Shown in pieces: positions 26,879-35,825 of a stretch of DNA of 64,000 bases. The stretch is taken from the NCBI GenBank assembly GCA_965199855.1, contig OZ241326.1, positions 992,001 to 1,056,000 of the forward strand, in the 5' to 3' direction. Both the position numbers and the translations under genes were made by a program. The DNA comes from a bacterium (GTDB taxonomy: Bacteria; UBA8248). The notes beneath the pieces were generated by a model, which saw nothing but the letters and a program-made list of their open reading frames with translations, did no database searches and was not told the origin of the DNA. Position 1 is the stretch's first letter, and the number at the start of each line of letters is the position of its first letter.

Positions 26879-28228
26879 ATGGTGGAAACGAGCAAGCAGG
26901 GAATGCCGATGGACTTCTTGCAGAAGGAGCACTACCAGTCCCCCCGGCGCGTCTACAGCCAGACGGGCAGCGACTGGCAGCGCCGCGTGGACTTCGACCG
27001 GATGCGCAAGGACAGGCTCGCCCGCGCCAAGGCGATGATGGAAAAGCACGACATGGACGCCATCATCATGTACAAGGGCGAAAACATCCGCTACACCGCG
27101 TCGGTCTTCCAGGGCAACTGGAAGAACAACATCTTCATCCGCTACGCCGTGCTCTGCCGGGGCGCGGAGACGCCGGTGCTCTTCGAGACGGCGGGTTCCG
27201 ACTACGAATGCGCCCGCATCGACGCGCCCTGGCTCGAGGGCAACATCCGCCCCGCCATCACGTGGAAATGGTCCGAAACCGCCGAGCAGATGATGGTGAA
27301 CCGCATGGCGGATTCCGTCATCGACGTTCTCAAGGAGAACAACGTTCCGCTCAACGGCAGAATCGGCATCGACATCATGGACATGCAGGCCTACAGCGCC
27401 TTCACCGAGAAGGGCGTGAACCTGGTGAACGCATGGCCGGCGATGAGCGAGGCGCGCGTCATCAAGACGCCCGAGGAGATCGAGTGCCTCAAGATCAGCT
27501 CGACCATCGGCGACACCTGCATGTGGAAGATCCGCAACGAGTGGCTCAAGCCCGGCATCCGCGAGTGCGACCTCACCGCGTGGGTCAACAACCTGCTCTA
27601 CGAGGAGGGCTTCGACTTCGTCTATGACATCATCGTCGCCTCGGGCGGGAACACCAGCCCCTACCGCCGCTGGCACACCGACAAGATGATCCGCGACGGA
27701 GACCTCGTCGTCGTGGACATCAACGCCATCGGCCCGGGCGGCTACTTCGTGGACTACGTGCGCTGCTTCAAGTGCGGCGGCGGCTGGACGAAGAAGGAGA
27801 GGCAGCTCTACCGCGAGGTCTATGACACGATGTACGCGGGCATGTCCCAGCTCGCGCCGGGCAAGACCTCCAAGGACGTCGCTTCGCAGTTCCCCGTCTA
27901 TGCCGACGACAAATACGGCACGGTGACGCTCCAGCAGTTCGCGCACTCCATCGGCCTCGACCTCTACGAGGGCATGTGGATCAGCCGCGCCTACAGCCTC
28001 GACTATCCGGTGGAGATCAAGGAGAACATGTATTTCGCCATCGAGACCTTCGCCGGCCATCCCGGGCTTCCGCAGACGGTGCGCCTGGAGGAGAACGTGC
28101 TCGTCGGCCCCGACGGCCCCGTCGTCTTCACCGGCTCCTCGCACTACGACGAGTGCATCGAAGATTCGCCCTACTACGACTTCTCGGCGAAGTCCCGGGG
28201 CGAGCCGCGCTTCGAGCTGCCCGAGTAG
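26879..28228 (+). CDS. M24 family (Xaa-Pro peptidase/creatinase-like) metallohydrolase
   Basis: ARVIKTPEEIE, metal ligands VVDINA..GYFVDYVR, AHSIGL, AIET, RLEENV. Confidence 0.85.
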   Translation: MVETSKQGMPMDFLQKEHYQSPRRVYSQTGSDWQRRVDFDRMRKDRLARAKAMMEKHDMDAIIMYKGENIRYTASVFQGNWKNNIFIRYAVLCRGAETPVLFETAGSDYECARIDAPWLEGNIRPAITWKWSETAEQMMVNRMADSVIDVLKENNVPLNGRIGIDIMDMQAYSAFTEKGVNLVNAWPAMSEARVIKTPEEIECLKISSTIGDTCMWKIRNEWLKPGIRECDLTAWVNNLLYEEGFDFVYDIIVASGGNTSPYRRWHTDKMIRDGDLVVVDINAIGPGGYFVDYVRCFKCGGGWTKKERQLYREVYDTMYAGMSQLAPGKTSKDVASQFPVYADDKYGTVTLQQFAHSIGLDLYEGMWISRAYSLDYPVEIKENMYFAIETFAGHPGLPQTVRLEENVLVGPDGPVVFTGSSHYDECIEDSPYYDFSAKSRGEPRFELPE

Positions 28229-28339
28229 AGAGCGCCTCTCCCGTCCGCTCCGCCTTCGGCGCGGACGGGAGGCGTCCTTCATCTTTCGCGCGAGGGGGGA
28301 GAATCGCCTCCCGAAAAAGACGCATAGGAGAATCACGCG

Positions 28340-29560
28340 ATGAGCGAGCCCTGGAACACCGAAATGTGGTTCACCAGCCCGTGGAATTTCGAGGGCGAGG
28401 TGACCGCCGGCATCAAGTTCGACCCCAGCCCCAGAATTCACGACGTGACGCTCAGGGACGGGGAGCAGCAGGCGGGCGTCATGTTCAACAAGGACGAGAA
28501 GATACGCATCGCCGAGGCGCTCGCCGAGGTCGGCGTCCACCGCATCGAGGCCGGGATGCCGGTGGTCTCGCCCTCGGACGAGGCGGCGATCCGCGAGATC
28601 GTCAAGCGGCTCGAGGGCGCGGACACCGAAGTGTTCAGCTTCGCGCGCTGCATGGCCGACGACGTGAAGCGCTCCGCCGACACCGGCGTCAAGGGCGTCG
28701 TCATGGAAGTGCCCAGCTCCACGCACATGATCGAACGCGCCTACAAGTGGGAGCTCGACAAGGCCATCGACACCTCCGTGAAGGCCACCCAGGTGGCGAA
28801 GGAGTGCGGCCTCTACACCGTGTTCTTCCCCATCGACTTCTCCCGCGCTCCGCTCGACTGGGTGCTGGGACTGCTGAAGAAGGTGGCCACCGAGGGCCAC
28901 ATGGACGCGCTGGCGATTGTGGACACCTTCGGCGTGCTGAGTCCGCACACGGTGCCCTACGTCATCCGCAAGATGCGCGAGGTGTTCCCGAACGAGCCGT
29001 TCGAGCCGCATTTCCACGACGACTACGGCATGGGCGTGGCCAACACGCTCATGGCGATGGCCGAGGGCTGCCAGGTGGCGCAGACCTCCGTGAGCGGCGT
29101 CGGCGAGCGCGCGGGAAACGCCGCCTACGAGGAGCTGGCCCTCGCCATGCTGACCATGTATGGCGTGGACATGGGGCTGAAGACGGAGAAGTTCACCGAG
29201 ATGTCGAGGCTCGTCCAGGAGTGCGGGCGCATCAGCCTGGCGCCGAACCGCTGCGTCGTGGGCGACAACCTCTACGACATCGAGAGCGGCATCATCGTCA
29301 GCTGGCTCAAGAACTGCGAGAAGGATTTTCCGACCGAGCTCGTCCCCTTCCGCGCCGGCCTCGTCGGCCAGAAGGAGCCCGCGCCGGTCATCGGCAAGGG
29401 GAGCGGCATCGACTCCATCAACCTCTTCCTGGAGCAGCTGGGCATCCGGGCGTCCGAGGAGGAGAAGATGGCGCTCCTGATGGACGTCAAGGAAAAGTCC
29501 CTGAGCCTGCACCGCCTGCTCACGATGGATGAATTCAAGGAGCTGGCCGGGGGAGAATGA
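28340..29560 (+). CDS. DRE-TIM metallolyase, homocitrate/isopropylmalate synthase-like
   Basis: DVTLRDGEQ, IEAG, HFHDDYGMGVAN, GVGERAGNA; no LeuA regulatory domain. Confidence 0.88.
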   Translation: MSEPWNTEMWFTSPWNFEGEVTAGIKFDPSPRIHDVTLRDGEQQAGVMFNKDEKIRIAEALAEVGVHRIEAGMPVVSPSDEAAIREIVKRLEGADTEVFSFARCMADDVKRSADTGVKGVVMEVPSSTHMIERAYKWELDKAIDTSVKATQVAKECGLYTVFFPIDFSRAPLDWVLGLLKKVATEGHMDALAIVDTFGVLSPHTVPYVIRKMREVFPNEPFEPHFHDDYGMGVANTLMAMAEGCQVAQTSVSGVGERAGNAAYEELALAMLTMYGVDMGLKTEKFTEMSRLVQECGRISLAPNRCVVGDNLYDIESGIIVSWLKNCEKDFPTELVPFRAGLVGQKEPAPVIGKGSGIDSINLFLEQLGIRASEEEKMALLMDVKEKSLSLHRLLTMDEFKELAGGE

Positions 29561-29652
29561 GCGCGAAACGCGCGACCGGGGGGGGACGCCGGGCGCGTAG
29601 CACTTTGTGCTACGCTATCGAGGGCCTAGCGCGCGGACGTGGAGAAGAGAAA

Positions 29653-29916
29653 ATGAAGGGAATCATCATGACGGTCGCAATCGCGGCGGGAATGGCGCTC
29701 GGCGGAGCGGCGAGCGGCCAGACCCAGGAAAAAGTGAACGAAATCATCCGGAAGTTAAAACAAAGCGGAGTCTTCGACGAAAATCGATGCCTGAAAAACG
29801 CAAGCAAAAAAATGCAAAGAGCCTACGACCTGATCTCACAAGAAATCACCGGCAAAGAAGAAGGCGACCTCCAAATAATGGAATCCTTCTGCCGATACAT
29901 GAACGACATGAAGTAG
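29653..29916 (+). CDS. Small secreted hypothetical protein (paralog A)
   Basis: GGAG RBS; signal peptide MKGIIMTVAIAAGMALGGAASG-QT; two Cys; A-rich codons. Confidence 0.65.
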   Translation: MKGIIMTVAIAAGMALGGAASGQTQEKVNEIIRKLKQSGVFDENRCLKNASKKMQRAYDLISQEITGKEEGDLQIMESFCRYMNDMK

Positions 29917-29925
29917 AGGAGAATC

Positions 29926-30213
29926 ATGGACGCGCATACGCTCTACAGCGGCTACAAGGAGCGAAATATCTCGGTGAGGCTGAACGAAGCCGAATACCAG
30001 CAACTGCTGGGCATTCGGGAGCAGATGCGAAGAAACTCAAGGGCGAGCAACTCGGACGCGATACGGTATGCGCTCCGGGCCATCTACGAAACCGAGGCGG
30101 AGCCGGCGGCGCAGGAAGGCGTGAAACCGAAGCGGAAACGGGGGCGAGGCGTCCAAACGGACGCGCGGACGGGGTTAGCCGGGGCGAAAAACACCGTGGA
30201 GGGAGCGGAATGA
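29926..30213 (+). CDS. Small ribbon-helix-helix-like DNA-binding protein
   Basis: AGGAG RBS; NISVRLNEAEYQQL...SNSDAIRYALR strand-helix-helix pattern; basic tail. Confidence 0.6.
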   Translation: MDAHTLYSGYKERNISVRLNEAEYQQLLGIREQMRRNSRASNSDAIRYALRAIYETEAEPAAQEGVKPKRKRGRGVQTDARTGLAGAKNTVEGAE

Positions 30214-30698
30214 AAGGAATCATCGTGACGGTCGCGATCGCGCTGGCGGCGGCGAGCGGCGGCGCGGCGAGCGGCCAGACGAAAGCGGAGGTGGAAGAAA
30301 TCATAGAGGATGCAAAAGAAATGGGAGTCAACAACATAGGCTGGTGCGGAGCAAACACGAAACATGAAAAGCTAGCGCGGGAAATCCGGGCCCTGTATCC
30401 CGCACTGACGGAAAGCGCGAAAATCACCAACTCGCAGCTGGAAGAAGCCACATGCCGACTAGAAAGAGCGCGAGAAATCGCCCAGATGGCAGAAGGCATC
30501 GAAGCCGCCAACATCAAATGCCTGAACAGCCTCACGGAAAAAGGACTGGCGCGCATAAGGCGATACGCAGACGTCACCCGAAAGCAAAATCTCATAGCGT
30601 TCTTAAACGCAAAAATCAGCGATCAGCAACTGGAAGAAGCCACATGCCAATGGGAGGATGAAAACAGACGCATAAGACCTAACGAAAAGAGAAAGTGA
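30210..30698 (+). CDS. Secreted hypothetical protein (paralog B, internally duplicated domain)
   Basis: Signal peptide MKGIIVTVAIALAAASGGAASG-QT nearly matches paralog A; repeats AKITNSQLEEATC / AKISDQQLEEATC. Confidence 0.65.
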   Translation: MKGIIVTVAIALAAASGGAASGQTKAEVEEIIEDAKEMGVNNIGWCGANTKHEKLAREIRALYPALTESAKITNSQLEEATCRLERAREIAQMAEGIEAANIKCLNSLTEKGLARIRRYADVTRKQNLIAFLNAKISDQQLEEATCQWEDENRRIRPNEKRK

Positions 30699-30849
30699 GC
30701 AGGTAATCCGGGGGCTGAAGCCGCCCGCACCGGCGAAAACGCCCGATCGCCGAAAAAACGGGGCGCAGGGATGCGCTGTAACGAACGAACGCGGCCGTTC
30801 GTGATGGACGGGTCGGGCGAAACCGGGCATGATGCGGGGCGCAGGTCGA

Positions 30850-30914
30850 GGCGGGGCGGGGCGCGGCAAGGCGTGGCTCGGCTTGGCGAGGCTCGGCACG
30901 GCAGGGCGTGGCGA
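30850..30914 (+). repeat. (GGCNN)13 pentanucleotide tandem array
   Basis: ggcgg ggcgg ggcgc ggcaa ggcgt ggctc ggctt ggcga ggctc ggcac ggcag ggcgt ggcga. Confidence 0.85.
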
Positions 30915-31271
30915 GGAAGGGGCGCGGGGGCCCGAACATGAGACCCTCGCACGGATGAAAGGGGGGGGGGGCGGCTTCCGTGGGCGAGGGGGCCGCCCCC
31001 TTGCGCTGGAGGGCGCAGGGGCGCATAGGAGAAGGGAAATACGCAGAAGGTGAGAAAGGGGTTGCAGCGCTGCCCCATGGCGGACCAGGTTTTCTTCCGC
31101 CGCGGGGGCGAATGGGAGCAGGGGCTGTTTTCGCGTCCGTCTCCGCTTGGGGCTTCCTCCCCCGCCTTGGCCTCGAGGTGACATGAATAGCGCGAGGGGG
31201 CGGCTCGTTCGGTCGTTCGCGCCGCCCCTTCCGTGTGGGCAGGGGCGCTTCATCCCAGGAGGAGGTGACCG

Positions 31272-31992
31272 ATGAAGCGGCTATCCAACGTGGTGGAATG
31301 CCGCGCGTTTGACTTCAGCGTGTTGTTCTTGATCATCCTGTCAAGCGTTGCTCTGGCCGTCGAGACGTTGCCGGGCTTGCCGCCTTTTGCGAAGCGGGCG
31401 CTTCGTGTTTTCGATGCGGCTGTAGTCGTAATCTTCACCATCGAATACGGCATTCGCTTGGCGCGTTGGAAGATGCGCTACGTTCGGAGTTTTTACGGCG
31501 TCATCGATTTGGCCGCTATTCTCCCCTTCTATCTGTTACACGTGATTGGTCTATCGCTCGGCATTGATCTCCGAGCCATCCGCGTTTTTCGCTTGTTCCG
31601 TGTTTTTCGCATCCTGAAACTCGCGCGATACAACAGCGCAATGACGCGATTGGGGAAAGCCGTATCGGACGCTTAAAGAAGAATTCATGGTCGTCCTTTT
31701 CGCCGCAATCATGCTTCTCTATCTTGCGGCGATAGGCATCTATTATTTTGAACATGACGCTCAGCCGGAGAACTTTCGATCCGTTTTCCATAGCTTGTGG
31801 TGGGCCGTCGCGACTCTCACCACGGTAGGCTACGGCGATGTGTATCCCATTACGGCGGGAGGCAAGATATTTACATTCGGCGTTTTGATGTGCGGTTTGG
31901 GCGTCGTGTCGGCGCCTGCGGGGCTTCTCGCGGCGGCGCTGTCAAAATCCGCGAAGGACAATAGCGATGAAAAGTCGGGGGGGGGGCTCTGA
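31272..31992 (+). pseudogene. Voltage-gated-type potassium channel/ion transporter split by a 1-nt frameshift at ~31674
   Basis: S4 RAIRVFRLFRVFRILKLARY in ORF 31272-31676; pore WWAVATLTTVGYGD in ORF 31687-31992; removing one T from gac-gct-t-aaa-gaa-gaa restores DAKEEFMVV. Confidence 0.82.
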
Positions 31993-32183
31993 CGCTTCTC
32001 CACCGCGGCTTTTCCCGGGCGTCGCGATGTCGTATTCTTGGACGAAAGCGACTTTTCCGTCTCCCGAGGCTCGCATCTCGCACGCCCGACTGGAGGTTCC
32101 CATGGCGGCGAGGGTGATGTTCAGAAAAGTAATGAGATAAAGCGATAAATCGCGTATGAACTTCAACCACCAACATAGAGGAT

Positions 32184-32603
32184 ATGGGCATCAATGGATA
32201 GATTTATGTTTTGATTTTCCTAATGTTTATGGCTTATGCAATGGTAGGGGATTCATCGGCACAAACCATCAGCTCAATCACCTTTGAACAGGTTGAGCGG
32301 AATTTTGGCTCTAAATCATCCTTAACGGAGCTACAAAAGGATCAGCATTGGAAGCGCTATAAAGGAGCGTGTGTTAAATGGACAGGAAAGCTTGTACATG
32401 TCCAAGAAGGGTGGCTGGGTGGTATTACTTTGGGATTTCAACATCAGCCTGCCACTTTCACTTATGATGTCTTGCTATCGGCTCCAAGCTCCTATAAGGA
32501 CATAGCTTTAAGCATGCAGAAGAATAATTATTATGAATATACTGCTACATTGAAGAACTACGGTGGGCCCATTCTTCCAATTACAGCGGACGCGGGCTGT
32601 TAA
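32184..32603 (+). CDS. Low-GC exported hypothetical protein (possible OB-fold); in-frame TAG at 32199 if ATG 32184 is the start
   Basis: Hydrophobic leader IYVLIFLMFMAYAMVGDSSA-QT; YKGACVKWTGKLVHV. Alternative start TTG 32211. Confidence 0.55.
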
Positions 32604-32719
32604 TTGAGCAGATGGCACAGGGGGAACCTTTCAAGCCCCTTTTTTGATGTTCCAAAACGTTGTTCTTTCGGGCTGGGTGCTCACGATGGGCACACTTTCG
32701 GAACACGGCGGAGGAGCCC

Positions 32720-33748
32720 ATGAAAGCGGCGCTGCTCGAGAAGGCGCGGGTGATGAACGTGGGCGAGCGGCCGGACCCGGAACTTCCCGCCGACCACGCG
32801 CTGGTGCGGGTGGCGACCTCCGCCATCTGCGGCACGGACGTCTCCATCTGGGCGGGAAAGATGCCCGCCAGGATTCCCCTGATTCCCGGCCACGAGTGCG
32901 CGGGCGTGGTGGAGCGCGCGGGCGCGGACGTCACCCGTCTCAAGGTCGGCGACCGCGTGGTGCTGAATCCGCTCTCGAGCTGCGGGACGTGCTTCTACTG
33001 CGCGCGCGGACTGACGAACGTCTGCCTGAACGGAGGTCTCAGGGGCCGCGAGGTTCCCGGCACCTTCGCCGAATACGTCGCCGTGCGGGAGACGGAGGCG
33101 TTCCCCTTCCCGGAGAGCGTGAGCTTCGCCGCGGCGACGAACTTCGTGGGCCTCTACACGGTCGTGTACAGCCAGAGGAAGGCGCCTTACGTCGCGGGCT
33201 CGCGGGTGGTCGTGCTGGGGCAGGGGAGCAGCGGCCTGCTCCACACCCAGCTGGCGAAGGCGTCCGGGGCGGCGCGCGTCATCGCCGTGACCAGAAGCGG
33301 GTGGAAGCTCGAGGCGGCCCGCAGGCTGGGCGCCGACGAAATCATCCCGGCGGGCGAGACCGACCCGGTGGAGGCCGTGCGCGACCTGACGGACGGCCTC
33401 GGCGCCGACGTGGTGATCGAGACGGCCGGCGCCGCCGAGACCATGCTCCAGGCCTACGAGATGGCGCGCCCCGGCGGCGTCATCCTGCAGTTCGGCATCG
33501 GCCCGGCGCGGCTGGACGGCGTTCCGGGCCAAGCCTACTACTTCAAGGACTTGACCGTCATCGGCTCGCGCGCCGGCCTGCCGGAGGACTTCGAGCGCGC
33601 CGTCCGCCTGGTGGCGACCGGCCAGATCGACCTGGAGCCGCTCATCACCCACCGCTTCGCCCTTGACGAGATTCAGAAGGGCTTCGAATTCATCGACGGG
33701 GGCGGAGACGGCGGCACCCTGCGGGCGGTGATCGAGGTCGGGGGATGA
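32720..33748 (+). CDS. Zn-dependent (MDR) alcohol dehydrogenase
   Basis: ICGTD, GHECAG, structural Zn CGTCFYC...C, GQGSSG, LITHRF. Confidence 0.93.
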   Translation: MKAALLEKARVMNVGERPDPELPADHALVRVATSAICGTDVSIWAGKMPARIPLIPGHECAGVVERAGADVTRLKVGDRVVLNPLSSCGTCFYCARGLTNVCLNGGLRGREVPGTFAEYVAVRETEAFPFPESVSFAAATNFVGLYTVVYSQRKAPYVAGSRVVVLGQGSSGLLHTQLAKASGAARVIAVTRSGWKLEAARRLGADEIIPAGETDPVEAVRDLTDGLGADVVIETAGAAETMLQAYEMARPGGVILQFGIGPARLDGVPGQAYYFKDLTVIGSRAGLPEDFERAVRLVATGQIDLEPLITHRFALDEIQKGFEFIDGGGDGGTLRAVIEVGG

Positions 33749-33793
33749 CGCTCGCGCGAGTCCGCGCCCCGCGCGGAGACGGGGGAGGCGCCC

Positions 33794-34666
33794 ATGCCGC
33801 TTGAACACCCATACGTCCGAATCGCCAGCGTCGCGCCCGAGAAGCTGGACGCGAGGGAGGGCTGGGCGGTCTCCGACTTTCGGGTGATCATCAGCGGGCG
33901 GGAGGGCTGCTCCTCCATCATGTATCACGCCACCCTCCTGCCCGGGGACGTCCACCACAAGCACCGCTACGAGAACTGCGACATGCAGTATTACGTCGTG
34001 AGCGGCCACGGCCTGGCGGGAGCGGGGGCGGACCGCGTCGAGGTGCACGCGGGCCACTTCCATCTCATCCCGAAGGGCGTGGAGCACTGGCTCGTCAACC
34101 TGGGCAGGCACGACCCACTCGTCATCATCGGGTTCTACGACCGGGTTCCTCATCTGAAGGACGCGGGCCGCGTCTATCTGGGCGAGGTGGGCGAGGCCGA
34201 CCTCGCCGCGCCCCGGACGCTCCGGGCGGCGGGGCTGGAGTGCCCCCTCGTCCACAACGACGAAGTGCCCTTCGTCAAGGTGTCGAAGGAGGAGGGTTGG
34301 ACGCAGGATTACTTCAACGAGCCGCTCAACCGCAGCCACGGCGCGGGGACGTGCTGGATGCAGGGCTACTTCGGCCCCGGCACCGTCCACATGAAGCACC
34401 GCCACAACCGCTGCGAGGAAATATGCTACATCCTGAAAGGCCATGGACTGGCCGGCGTGGGGGCGGATCGCGCCGAAGTGTTCGCCGGAGACGTCCACTA
34501 CATCCCCGCCGCCACGGAGCACTGGCTCGCGAACATCAGCGAGACGGAGGATCTCTCCGCCCCCGGCTGGTATATCGGCGTCGGCGGGCTCGACGAGAGC
34601 GGCTTCGAGTATCTGGGGCCGGTGACGGAAGCCGACCTCAAGGAGCGAACCGGGGCGATCGAATAG
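33794..34666 (+). CDS. Bicupin protein (paralog 1)
   Basis: Two cupin domains: HHKHRYENCDMQYY...IPKGVEHW and HMKHRHNRCEEICY...IPAATEHW. Confidence 0.85.
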   Translation: MPLEHPYVRIASVAPEKLDAREGWAVSDFRVIISGREGCSSIMYHATLLPGDVHHKHRYENCDMQYYVVSGHGLAGAGADRVEVHAGHFHLIPKGVEHWLVNLGRHDPLVIIGFYDRVPHLKDAGRVYLGEVGEADLAAPRTLRAAGLECPLVHNDEVPFVKVSKEEGWTQDYFNEPLNRSHGAGTCWMQGYFGPGTVHMKHRHNRCEEICYILKGHGLAGVGADRAEVFAGDVHYIPAATEHWLANISETEDLSAPGWYIGVGGLDESGFEYLGPVTEADLKERTGAIE

Positions 34667-34809
34667 CCGATTGGCGAGGCGCGCCATGGCCCTCGGCGAA
34701 AGGCGCGGCCGCGGGCGATGAAAGGGAGCGAACTGAAAAAGAGGGGAGCGTCCGGCGGATAAGGCCGCCGCCCGGCGAATCCGCTCTCCGACTCGACTTT
34801 GTTGCGAGA

Positions 34810-35673
34810 ATGAATATGGCGCTTCAATACCCGCTGGTTCATATCGACGACGCGGCCCCCGAGCGGATGGAGAAGAAGGAGGGCTGGGCGATCTCGGAGT
34901 TCCGCCTGCCCATCACCGGCGCCTGCGGAAGCTCGACGACCGCCTTTCACTCCGTTTTCCGGCCCGGCTCCACGCACGCGAAGCACCTGCACGCCGAGTG
35001 CGAGGAGATCGCCGTTTATCTCAAGGGAAACGGCGTGGTGGGCCAAGGAGATGAGCGCGCCGGGGTGCGGGCGGGCCACTGCCGGCTCATGCCGAGGGGA
35101 TCGACGCACTTCTTCTACAACGAGACGAAGGACGAGGAGGCGGTGGTGGTCGGATTCTATCTCGGCGCCCCGGGCGTGGAGGAGACGGGCTATCGCTTCT
35201 GCGGCGAGGTGACGCGGGAAGACCTCGACATGCCGCGCGGGGGGCTGACCGAGGGCGTCCTCGTCCATCTCGACGACGTTCCGCGCGAGCGCATGAACGA
35301 GGAGGAGGGCTGGTCGATCACCGACTTCCGCCTCCCCCTGAGCCGGCGCAACGGGAGCGCGACGACGCTGTTTCGCGCGAGGTTCTTCCCCGGCGCGGTG
35401 CACAGGAAGCACAGGCACGACAACTGCGAGGAGATCTACTACGTCATCAGCGGCCGCGGGCTGGCGGGGGCGGGGACGGATCGCGTCGAGGTGCGCGGCG
35501 GACACTTCCACTACATCCCCAAGGGGGTGGAGCACTGGCTCCACAACCTGAGCGGGACGGAGCCCATCGAGGCGGTGGGCGTCTATATCGGAAGCGGGAG
35601 CGTGGAGGAGACGGGCTACGTCTATATGGGAGACGTGACGGAAGAAGACTTGCGGGAGCGCACGCCGCTCTAG
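34810..35673 (+). CDS. Bicupin protein (paralog 2)
   Basis: HAKHLHAECEEI...PRGSTHF and HRKHRHDNCEEIYY...IPKGVEHW. Confidence 0.85.
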   Translation: MNMALQYPLVHIDDAAPERMEKKEGWAISEFRLPITGACGSSTTAFHSVFRPGSTHAKHLHAECEEIAVYLKGNGVVGQGDERAGVRAGHCRLMPRGSTHFFYNETKDEEAVVVGFYLGAPGVEETGYRFCGEVTREDLDMPRGGLTEGVLVHLDDVPRERMNEEEGWSITDFRLPLSRRNGSATTLFRARFFPGAVHRKHRHDNCEEIYYVISGRGLAGAGTDRVEVRGGHFHYIPKGVEHWLHNLSGTEPIEAVGVYIGSGSVEETGYVYMGDVTEEDLRERTPL

Positions 35674-35825
35674 CGGCTCCGGCGGGGGGTGGGCGAGGCA
35701 CCCGGGAGGCGCGCCCCTCCGCCCTTTTTCCGTTGCCTTTTCGGGGAGCCGTGCTATGCTTGAGAAGCGGGAGGCGCTCCCGATGATGCGGCGATTGTCG
35801 TCATACACCTGATGGAGCCAGTGCC

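Noticed and set aside
25964-29512. 1182-aa minus-strand ORF, and similar long antisense ORFs (3359-5593, 5950-8763, 14857-16446, 18782-21442, 39302-41524, 50712-52628, 57950-60949)
   Set aside because: Antisense shadows of well-supported genes, expected from high-GC codon bias; no motifs.
31250-32650. Integron cassette array for the low-GC genes
   Set aside because: No convincing attC (RYYYAAC...GTTRRRY) boundaries and no intI.
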